NCBI GenBank assembly: GCA_002269645.1
Contig: NIVC01002670.1
Coordinates: forward strand, 86,619 to 150,618
Direction of reading: 5' to 3'
Source of the DNA: Macrostomum lignano
Taxonomy: Eukaryota
DNA: 64,000 nt
Each line of letters begins with the position of its first letter. Positions within the stretch are counted from its first letter, which is position 1. Positions 1-16,478 of this stretch are shown in pieces. Under the pieces are notes generated by a model that saw only the letters and a program-made list of their open reading frames with translations, did no database searches and was not told the origin of the DNA. A program made the position numbers and the translations under genes.

Positions 1-699
1 CAGAAGCTGCTGCGGAGGCGGAGGCGGTGACGGGGGAAGCTCGGGAGGCGGATGGGCGACAGCGGCGTGCCTGGCCAGGGAGGCCTCGTCGCGGAATCGC
101 TTGCCACAATTTGGACAGGGCAGAAATCTTGGCGGCGGCAATGCCGAAGCGAGCGCATGCTGGCGCTGATGCTGCTGCTGCTGCCCCAGGCTGCCTCCAG
201 CGGCTGCCGAGGAGTGCTTCTTCTGGTGCGCTTTCAGGTGTTCGCGGCGAGGAAAGCGCCGATCGCACAGGCTGCAGGCGTAAGGCATTTCGCCCGTGTG
301 ACTGCGCCGATGCCGGACCAGGCTGGACCTGGCCGTGAAGGTTTTGCCGCACTCGTTGCAGGTCAGGTGCTGCTGGCGCCGGCGCCCGAGGATGACAGCG
401 CGCGGAGACTGCGGCATTTGCAACGGAGGCGGCGGCGGCGGAGGCGGTGATGGCGGTGGCATTGGCTGATGCTGCCGCGACAGTGACGGCGGCCGCTGGC
501 CCTCTAGAAGCGGAGGCGGAGAAAGCGAAGGCTGCGGAGGCGGCGGCGGTGAAGCCGGACAATGCAGAGTCGACTGTTGCTGCTGCTGCTGCTGCTGTTG
601 TTTTCGTTGTTGTTGTTGCTGTTGCTGCTGCAAGAGGCTGTCGTCTCCGTTGACGGCGAGCAGCTGGACCTCCAGCTCGGCCGCGGAGTCGGCGCACAT
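1..699 (-). CDS. C2H2 zinc-finger protein (partial, runs off the left edge; 5' end uncertain)
   Basis: Minus frame open from 819 to 1, first ATG at 699. Translation gives poly-Q/poly-P tracts and three fingers: CNECGKTFTARSSLVRHRRSH, linker TGEMPY, CSLCDRRFPRREHLKAHQKKH, and CPNCGKRFRDEASLARHAAVAH. Absent from the ORF track because it has no stop inside the window. Confidence 0.85.
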   Translation of the reverse strand, partial: MCADSAAELEVQLLAVNGDDSLLQQQQQQQQRKQQQQQQQQQSTLHCPASPPPPPQPSLSPPPLLEGQRPPSLSRQHQPMPPPSPPPPPPPPLQMPQSPRAVILGRRRQQHLTCNECGKTFTARSSLVRHRRSHTGEMPYACSLCDRRFPRREHLKAHQKKHSSAAAGGSLGQQQQHQRQHALASALPPPRFLPCPNCGKRFRDEASLARHAAVAHPPPELPPSPPPPPQQLL

Positions 700-989
700 C
701 TCTAGGAAGCCCAGTCTGAGGCAGGGATCGTCGTCAAAGTCGCTGTTAGCCCAGGTGTTCCAGCACCCGATGCCCAGGCAACGGAGACGTCGCCGTTGCC
801 ATCGCTGTCGCCGTTGCTATTAGCTGAATTGCCGTTGCCATGGTGACCGTTGACGGCCGGCAGTGGCGGCAACGATGGTTCGGTCTGGAACTTGTGGGTT
901 GATATTTGTAAAAATAGAACACCATCTACGTATCTTTATACGGCAGGGAAAATTATTTAAAATTAGTTTGTAAAAATGGATTCTATAGG

Positions 990-1340
990 AATTCACAGAC
1001 ATACCAGACACTGCAGGCACACCGTAAGACAGACATAACAGACACTGCAGGCACACCGTAAGACAGACATACCAGACACTGCAGGCACACCGTAAGACAG
1101 ACATACCAGACACTGCAGGCACACCGTAAGACAGACATACCAGACACTGCAGGCACACCGTAAGACAGACATATCAGACACTGCAGGCACACCGTAAGAC
1201 AGACATATCAGACACTGCAGGCACACCGTAAGACAGACATATCAGACACTGCAGGCACACCGTAAGACAGATATATCAGACACTGCAGGCACACCGTAAG
1301 ACAGACATATCAGACACTGCAGGCACACTGTAAAGACAGA
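990..1340. repeat. 34-bp minisatellite (CAGACACTGCAGGCACACCGTAAGACAGACATAC), about 10 copies
   Basis: Direct periodicity, e.g. units at 1005 and 1039. Lies between the TRMT2B polyA signals and the zinc-finger exon. Confidence 0.95.
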
Positions 1341-1495
1341 AAGCACCATAAAGCATACAACAGTAAAACACACAGATACAGACGCAAGGCAGACAAAACA
1401 GAGAGTGGGTTTTATTAAAGACTAACTGTAATAATCGCAGTAAAAAAATAAGCTGAAACACAGCACTTCCCAAGAGATTGTAAATCTGCATTTGA

Positions 1496-1501
1496 TTTAT
1501 T
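1496..1501 (-). promoter_or_regulatory. AATAAA polyadenylation signal, probably of TRMT2B (second copy at 1411-1416)
   Basis: tttatt on the plus strand about 80 nt downstream of the stop at 1579. Confidence 0.5.
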
Positions 1502-1578
1502 AAAGTAAACCTCAAGCTCGTGGACAGTGCACGATACAAGCTTACACAAAAATGCCAGGATAAGAACGCTATAAAAAG

Positions 1579-4500
1579 CTATCTAACAAAGTCCAGCACT
1601 AATTCCACGTGGCGGCAATTTGGGAACAGATCGATAGGCTGGCAGCTGGCCAATCGGAATGGCCGGCCCGAGCCTTCAGGCATCAGCAGGCGGAGGAAAT
1701 TGTCGGTCGGCTGGCCCTCCGGCCGGCAGGAGATGTACACTATTCGGTCAACGGTCGGGCAGGCTCGGATTGCGGACACCGAGGCGTCGTCAAGGCCGTC
1801 GCGGGCCGGGTTCAGCACGCAGCAGACGCTGTCAGCAGAGAAGCAGCTGTCAATAGCTGACAGGCGATTAGCAAAGAAGGTGGCAGCGTCCTCGCAGTGA
1901 TATTGAAATGCGTTGCTAGGCAACCCGTTTAGCCTGGCGTTGTCAAGAGCGTCACGCACGGCGGACTGGTTGGAGTCGAAGCCGATTAGCTGGTCGAATT
2001 GCCGACTGTCGAACAGCACCTGGCCGACGACGCCGGTGCCGCAGAAGGCGTCTATAAGCAGACGGCGGCGTGGCGGCGATGACGGGGGCAGCTCCGCAGC
2101 CAGCAGCTGGCGCAGGTAGCCGTACAGGGTCTCAGCAGCTACCGTGTTGTTCTGAAAAAACGAATGCGGCCGAACTTTGAAGCGCCGGTCCAGCAGGCGC
2201 TGGTGCAGCGAGTCGCGGCCGAATAGGTGTCGCGGCTCCACAGGCTGGAAGCAGTTACTGCTGGCCTGGCTGTAGCCAGACACCAGGTTGAGGCCGGAGC
2301 GGAGCACCGCCGGGAAGAACTGGCGAGTCTGCAAATTAACACGTTGACATGCTAGACTAGAAGCTTTACAGGCTCGAATTGCTATTGAGAGAGACTTTCC
2401 GATAGGACATAATAAAAACGGCATTGAAATTGGCTCCAAATTTATTGTTAATTAGCAAATTTTCATGCACGGAAAGCTTATTACCGTTTTCCTTAGTTCC
2501 AGTCTAGGCATCAAGAAAGGGTCTGTAGCTAGACAGGGCATAGCTATCGAGAGGTAAGACCATAAGGAGGCCATGACCCCCCAATCGTCTGGAAAAGTAA
2601 TTGACGCCCCTTTGTACTCCTTTGGCGCTCCTAGTGCTGGTGTCCCCTGGTGCTGGTGTCCCCTGGTGCTGGTGTCTCCTGGCGCTGGTGTCCCTGATGC
2701 TGGTGTCCCCTGGTGCTGGCGCCCCTGGTGCTGGTGTCCCCTGGTGCTGGAGTCTCCTGGCGCTGGTGTCCCCTGGTGCTGGCGCCCCTGGTGCTGGTGT
2801 CTCCTGGCGCTGGTGTCCCCTGGTGCTGGCGCCCCTGGTGCTGGCGCCCCTGATGCTGGTGTCCCCTGGCGCTGGCGCCCCTGGTGATGGCGCCCCTGGT
2901 GATGGTGCCCCTGGTGCTGGTGTCCCCTGGTGCTGGCGCCCCTGGTGCTGGTGTCCCCTGGTGCTGGCGCCCCTGGTGCTGGCGCCCCCGATGCTGGTGT
3001 CCCCTGGCGCTGGCGCCCCTGGTGATGGCGCCCCTGGTGCTGGCGCCCCTGGTGCTGGCGCCCCTGGTGCTGGCGCCCCTGGTGCTGGCGCCCCTGGTGC
3101 TGGCGCCCCTGGTGCTGGCGCCCCTGGTGCTGGCGCCCCTGGTGCTGGCGCCCCTGGTGCTGGCGCCCCTGGTGCTGGCGCCCCTGGTGCTGGCGCCCCT
3201 GGTGCTGGCGCCCCTGGTGCTGGCGCCCCTGGTGCTGGCGCCCCTGGTGCTGGCGCCCCTGGTGCTGGCGCCCCTGGTGCTGGCGCCCCTGGTGCTGGCG
3301 CCCCTGGTGCTGGCGCCCCTGGTGCTGGCGCCCCTGGTGCTGGCGCCCCTGGTGCTGGCGCCCCTGGTGCTGGCGCCCCTGGTGCTGGCGCCCCTGGTGC
3401 TGGCGCCCCTGGTGCTGGCGCCCCTGGTGCTGGCGCCCCTGGTGCTGGCGCCCCTGGTGCTGGCGCCCCTGGTGCTGGCGCCCCTGGTGCTGGCGCACAG
3501 TAAAAAAAAATTTCCCGCCACAAATTAACACTAGAGCTTCACCAAGTTAAGCAGAGTTGGTCTCGGTTAGTATGCACTTGAGTAGGTTTCTTGTGTTACT
3601 CCCCAATAAACGAGTGGCACATTAAACGGAGCTCAAGACCACCCTGCTGGGATGGGGTATAGCAGCTCAGAGCTGACGTAGGCACACTGGGTGGCAGTTG
3701 TAGCCCCAACAGACATTTCTATCAACCGCACTAACCAGCTCAGACAGTAGCCGAGCCTCGGCCCCAGCTGGCAGCTGTCCGTGGTAGCAAACCTCCAGCA
3801 TCAGCTCGTCATCGTGATTAGTCCTGGCAACCAGGCCGGCCCAGGCCCCGTCTGGTTTCCTATGCTTATCGTAGGGATCGAATTGACTCTGGCCGCTGCG
3901 CAGGAAATCGGTGAATAATTGAAATACTCTGGCATGAATCGGGCAGGTGCTAGCCAGGTGTTCAACGCTGAATCCGACTCGGCGGTGCGGGAAGCCGGGC
4001 TCGAACATTCGCACCTGCATGCTGTGACCAACCAGCGGCCAGCCGTCCGGGTCGAACAGCACCGACGCGCTGTTCCGGTTGCGGCGCCACCAACCCCGGC
4101 CAGGCGGGTGCAGCACCGGTGGCACCGGGCACAGGGCTTCAGCTCGGCTGCCACCCTCGGCCTCGCCGCTGCGTAGGCAATTGGTTAAACGGCCTATTAG
4201 GGCCGCTACTCGGCGATGCTTGAGCTCAAGTTGAGCAGTGTAGGGCAGCGGCTGCAACGGCTGCACGTGCTGTCGGATTCGATCGTGAGGCCTGGCCACC
4301 CTGGACAGGACCGGGGAGGCGCGGAACGGCCGGCGCAGACAGCCGGCAGATGCGGGCACCGCGGCATCCAGACAGGCCGCCACTGCGCTACCTGCGACTG
4401 ATGCTGTTGCTGCCGCTGCCGACTGGAGGTACGAAAATAAGTTGTTAGATAAAGTGTGGTGCTGACACTAATGAACCTAACTATAGTGTGGTGCTGACAC

Positions 4501-6888
4501 TAATGAACCTAACTATAGTGTGGTGCTGACACTAATGAACCTAACTATAGTGTGGTGCTGACACTAATGAACCTAACTATAGTGTGGTGCTGACACTAAT
4601 GAACCTAACTATAGTGTGGTGCTGACACTAATGAACCTAACTATAGTGTGGTGCTGACACTAATGAACCTAACTATAGTGTGGTGCTGACACTAATGAAC
4701 CTAACTATAGTGTAGCACTGACACTAATGGACCTAACTATAGTGTAGCACTGACACTAATGAACCTAACTATAGTGTAGCACTGACACTAATGAACCTAA
4801 CTATAGTGTAGCACTGACACTAATGAACCTAACTATAGTGTAGCACTGACACTAATGAACCTAACTATAGTGTAGCACTGACACTAATGAACCTAACTAT
4901 AGTGTAGCACTGACACTAATGGACCTAACTATAGTGTAGCACTGACACTAATGAACCTAACTATAGTGTAGCACTGACACTAATGGACCTAACTATAGTG
5001 TAGCACTGACACTAATGAACCTAACTATAGTGTAGCACTGACACTAATGAACCTAACTATAGTGTAGCACTGACACTAATGAACCTAACTATAGTGTAGC
5101 ACTGACACTAATGAACCTAACTATAGTGTAGCACTGACACTAATGAACCTAACTATAGTGTAGCACTGACACTAATGAACCTAACTATAGTGTAGCACTG
5201 ACACTAATGAACCTAACTATAGTGTAGCACTGACACTAATGAACCTAACTATAGTGTAGCACTGACACTAATGAACCTAACTATAGTGTAGCACTGACAC
5301 TAATGAACCTAACTATAGTGTAGCACTGACACTAATGAACCTAACTATAGTGTAGCACTGACACTAATGGACCTAACTATAGTGTAGCACTGACATTAAT
5401 GGACCTAACTATAGTGTAGCACTGACACTAATGGACCTAACTATAGTGTAGCACTGACACTAATGGACCTAACTATAGTGTAGCACTGACACTAATGGAC
5501 CTAACTATAGTGTAGCACTGACACTAATGGACCTAACTATAGTGTAGCACTGACACTAATGGACCTAACTATAGTTTAGCACTGACACTAATGGACCTAA
5601 CTATAGTGTAGCACTGACACTAATGGACCTAACTATAGTGTAGCACTGACACTAATGGACCTAACTATAGTGTAGCACTGACACTAATGGACCTAAGTAT
5701 AGTGTAGCACTGACACTAATGGACCTAACTATAGTGTAGCACTGACACTAATGGACCTAACTATAGTGTAGCACTGACACTAATGGACCTAACTATAGTG
5801 TAGCACTGACACTAATGGACCTAACTATAGTGTAGCACTGACACTAATGGACCTAACTAAAGTGTAGCACTGACACTAATGGACCTAACTATAGTGTAGC
5901 ACTGACACTAATGGACCTAACTATAGTGTAGCACTGACACTAATGGACCTAACTATAGTGTAGCACTGACACTAATGGACCTAACTATAGTGTAGCACTG
6001 ACACTAATGAACCTAACTATAGTGTGGCACTGACACTAAAAGACCCAGTTGGAGTGTGGCACTGACACTAAAAGACCCAGTTGGAGTGTGGCACTGACAC
6101 TAAAAGACCCAGTTGGAGTGTGGCACTGACACTAAAAGACCCAGTTGGAGTGTGGCACTGACACTAAAAGACCCAGTTGGAGTGTGGCACTGACACTAAA
6201 AGACCCAGTTGGAGTGTGGCACTGACATTTAAAGACCCAGTTGGAGTGTGGCACTGACACTAAAAGACCCAGTTGGAGTGTGGCACTGACACTAAAAGAC
6301 CCAGTTGGAGTCTGGCACTGACACTAAAAGAGCCAGTTGGAGTGTGGCACTGATATAGTAATTGAAGCGAATGAAGCCAACTGAAAGCCGTGTATAAACA
6401 ATAAAATCACGATAGACGGCTTTCTGCAATTCGAAGCTATTGAAATCCGTGTAAACAGCGAATGGCCTGCTTATTAATACATTTTTAATACAAAAAATTG
6501 GAGACACGAAACAGATTACAAGAAAGACACAAAAAGACTGCCACAATTAACTGGAGTATAGAACATTAATTTTGTTAATAAATCTTTGCCTATTTTTATA
6601 TTGATATTAGAGTAACTAAATCATTCATTTCCAAACATGCATAATAATTAACAGATGGAAATAAAAAACGGTAGAAAAAAATGGAAATGCTTTCCTCGTG
6701 TTTTTTCAAGAGAATTTAATAGTAAATTTCATTGTGCAACAGAATTAAGTATTGTTACCTTTTAGCATAATGAGTTGAGTAAATACTGCATGTCGTACAA
6801 TAAGACTGCAAGATTCCCCCGATAAAGTTTCAAGATTCTTGCTTTTCAAAATCTTGTCCCTGCCGGAGTGCTCAGCAAGACTGGCCAT
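1579..6888 (-). CDS. TRMT2B: tRNA (uracil-5-)-methyltransferase, TrmA/RlmD family, TRMT2B-like
   Basis: Exons 4422-3736 (ccag|, |gttagt) and 2328-1579 (ttgcag|) join in phase 0. Candidate exon 1 at 6888-6787 (aaaATGGCC, phase 0) is less certain. Motifs PLQPLPYTAQLELK, FFQNN, DAFCGTG, VLNPARDGL, YISC (catalytic Cys) and DLFP..HVELV. NPAR rather than DPPR, and no RRM, favour TRMT2B over TRMT2A. Confidence 0.85.
2630..3497. repeat. 15-bp GC-rich intronic minisatellite (GCCCCTGGTGCTGGC)n
   Basis: Near-perfect from about 3040 to 3497, with degenerate 12/15-bp variants at 2630-3040. Source of the spurious GAPAP/QGRQH/LVLAP ORFs. Confidence 0.95.
4454..6350. repeat. 32-bp minisatellite (GTGTAGCACTGACACTAATGAACCTAACTATA and variants), about 59 copies
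   Basis: Period 32 (4454, 4486, ...), with variant blocks ordered along the array. Confidence 0.95.
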
Positions 6889-7134
6889 TTTAGCACTGCT
6901 TTGCAATGACTCAGAGCAGAGTTTTATAGCAGAAAAGGGAGGAGGCACTTATTGTGTATAAATACTTGGCTGTTTATTATAATAAAGCTTGCTGCAGCCC
7001 AATTGGGCCTATGCGCATTGAATTTAATCCAAGATACTCGTATGTTTGCCAATGTAACGGAGTTTCTGTCTATGGTTGCAAGGCTGGCACCTCTTTAGAA
7101 CTCAGGACTGCATCATCCAAGTACGACTTCCGTA

Positions 7135-7500
7135 CATGGATGAATGAATAGAATGGATTGCTGTTCTGGCTCTGGCTATTTTCGTTTTTGACTCTTTTGC
7201 ATCCGGTTCCCCCCCGTGCCTTTTCATTGGTTGATGATTGCCATGGACAGTTTTCGGCCTTCGCCCCTTTCTTTCGATGCACAAGCGCTTTCTTGTTAGT
7301 AAATAGAAGTTACTTGTGTTGAAATTGAACTTTGTTGAAATTCTCAGTTCTTTGCGCTTGAAAGAAAGGGGCGAAGGCCGAAAATTGTCTATGGCAATCA
7401 TCAACCAATGAAAAGGCACGGGGGGGAACCGGATGCAAAAGAGTCAAAAACGAAAATAGCCAGAGCCAGAATAGCAATCCATTCTATTCATTCATCCATG
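7135..7500. mobile_element. hAT-type MITE/foldback element with about 140-bp inverted arms
   Basis: Arms 7135-7275 and 7360-7500 are reverse complements with few mismatches (CATGGATGAATGAATAG...). 8-bp TSD CTTCCGTA at 7127-7134 and 7501-7508. Confidence 0.9.
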
Positions 7501-8130
7501 CTTCCGTAGAACTTTTCTTAGAAAATTTCGGTTTCTTAGAAAACTCAGATTTTTACAAACAAAGCTTTACAAAATCAGTATATCATTATTTTTTTGTCGA
7601 ATAATGAAAACTTCCCATCCCTGCAGTGTACTTTTCGCGCAATACCGGGCCCAAAAATGCCTTCGAAGAAAGAGGTTTCTTTAGTCCCCTTCTAGTTAAG
7701 TAGTCCTTGCTATCATTCATAGACTACAGAAATATAAGCGGACAAAAAGGGTAGCCTTGGATGCCCTTGGATTTTAGCTCAAGCGGGTTAACTCAGTCCC
7801 CTCCGGTTCTGACATTAGACAAAAAATTGCAAGCTAATATGATTAGAATTCGTCAAACTCAAACAAAAATATTCTTTAAAAACATGTTTTGCAAAAAATC
7901 TGCAAAGAGACAGTGGCAAAATAATCGGCAAAAGTACTCGCAATATGAAGGGGAAGAGTCACCACTGTTCTCAAATAGATGAGTCTCACAACAAAGCATT
8001 AACCATATCAGTTCCGAAAAAACTTCAACACTGTACACCTATTTAACCTTCAAATGATTTTAACGGGAAAATTTGTTTGCACTTACCTAAAAGAGATTTG
8101 CTAAAAACTCACATTGTTACTTGCGAGTAG

Positions 8131-8205
8131 GCGCGCGCGCGCGTAACAAGCGGCAACGCGTCCTAACCCTCAAACCTAGGTTCCTGGGTTCGAATCCGCA
8201 GACCA
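8131..8205 (+). pseudogene. tRNA-like Pol III head (SINE or tRNA remnant)
   Basis: B box GGTTCGAATCC at 8187-8197 and degenerate A box TAACAAGCGG at 8144-8153. No intact cloverleaf. Confidence 0.4.
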
Positions 8206-8422
8206 ATGCAGTAAAATTAACTTGGCGTTTACAGAGGGACTGCTGCTGGTCTTGGTTTAATTAAGCGCCCATGAAGGCTAGTGTTAATTGAATTAATACC
8301 ATCAAGCCTGTCAATATCATAATCAAAAAGTACATTAAAACGCTTATTTCTTTTCCAGGCAAAAAGACGACGATAAAAAATGTATGGAGTTAAAGCAAAA
8401 ATCCGACTAGCGCAGACAGAGC

Positions 8423-15325
<6,903 letters not shown>

Positions 15326-15834
15326 GGCATATATGAATGGCTGCAATCTTTTATCATGCCCGGCAGACTGAAATAATTGCATTGATTAGCGGCTTTGCTT
15401 TAAGTGAAACAATAATTCAAAACTTATGGTTTGACTGAATGATTTGTAACAACTAACAATCCGCGGTTGCGATATAAAGATATCAGTTTCAGCAATTTAT
15501 GTACATGCATAATAATTTTTTACATAACAGGTGCGCCGAAGTGTAAAACAGAATATATCAAACTAATGATGAAAATAAAATGAAAATATATAGCAGTTTG
15601 TAAAAAACTTCTTTACTATACAGTTATAATACAAACTACTTCAAACCTTAAACTATACAGCTTAATTAGCTTAATTAGGAAAAAGGAAAGTCAAATTCAG
15701 ACTACAAGAATAGGATAAAAATGCCTAAAGTTGTGTTCCTAAAACAAGTTTTAACATTGCAGAAACACAGTATAATAGCAACTTTTGGACAAACGTGACA
15801 TAGCAAACTGGCACTGGCAGTGCAGCACGCATTT

Positions 15835-16130
15835 TACTGATCAAGTGAAAATTACCATAGACTATAGGGCCATAACTGGCTGATCAAGTGAAAATTACCA
15901 TAGACTATAGGGCCATAACTGGCTGATCAAGTGAAAATTACCATAGAGTATAAGCCCATATCTGGCTGATCAAGTGAAAATTACCATAGACTATAGGCCT
16001 AGATCTGGCTGATCAAGTGAAAATTACCATAGACTATAGGCCTAGATCTGGCTGATCAAGTGAAAATCACCATAGACTATAGGCCTAGATCTGGCTGATC
16101 AAGTGAAAGTTACCATAGACTATAGGTCAT
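15835..16130. repeat. About 43-bp minisatellite (TGATCAAGTGAAAATTACCATAGACTATAGG...), intergenic
   Basis: Units at 15838, 15881, 15924, 15967 and 16010. Confidence 0.9.
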
Positions 16131-16478
16131 GTGCACACTTGCATTAATCAAAGTTTGCTCGCATTAGATATAGTAAGAAGCAAGGCAATCACTAGATTGT
16201 TTTTTAATACCACAATCGGCATAAAAACCCATGTTTATTTCCCTGATAAATAAATAAAGAGAATACGAGCTATACAATTGTTAAATATTATCTAAATGGA
16301 TAAAAAAGAATGCCACTAGTCACTAAATAATTATCACTAAACTGAAGCAATTTTTGTTTGGAAAATGCTCTTTTGTCCTAAAAAATAAATTTTTAAATAA
16401 TTCTAATAAGAAGACAATTATAAAACAGATTAAATCCCCTCCGATTCTCCCAGATTGATGACTTCATTTAAAAGCGGC

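Noticed and set aside
2452-3531. Long collagen-like or repeat-protein ORFs (GAPAP, QGRQH, ASTRG)
   Set aside because: Translations of a 15-bp intronic minisatellite, open in several frames on both strands. The flanking TRMT2B exons splice across it in phase.
4454-6350. CRISPR-like regular 32-bp periodicity (also 10537-11716 and 48285-49160)
   Set aside because: Units are head-to-tail with no unique spacers, there are no cas genes, and the context is eukaryotic.
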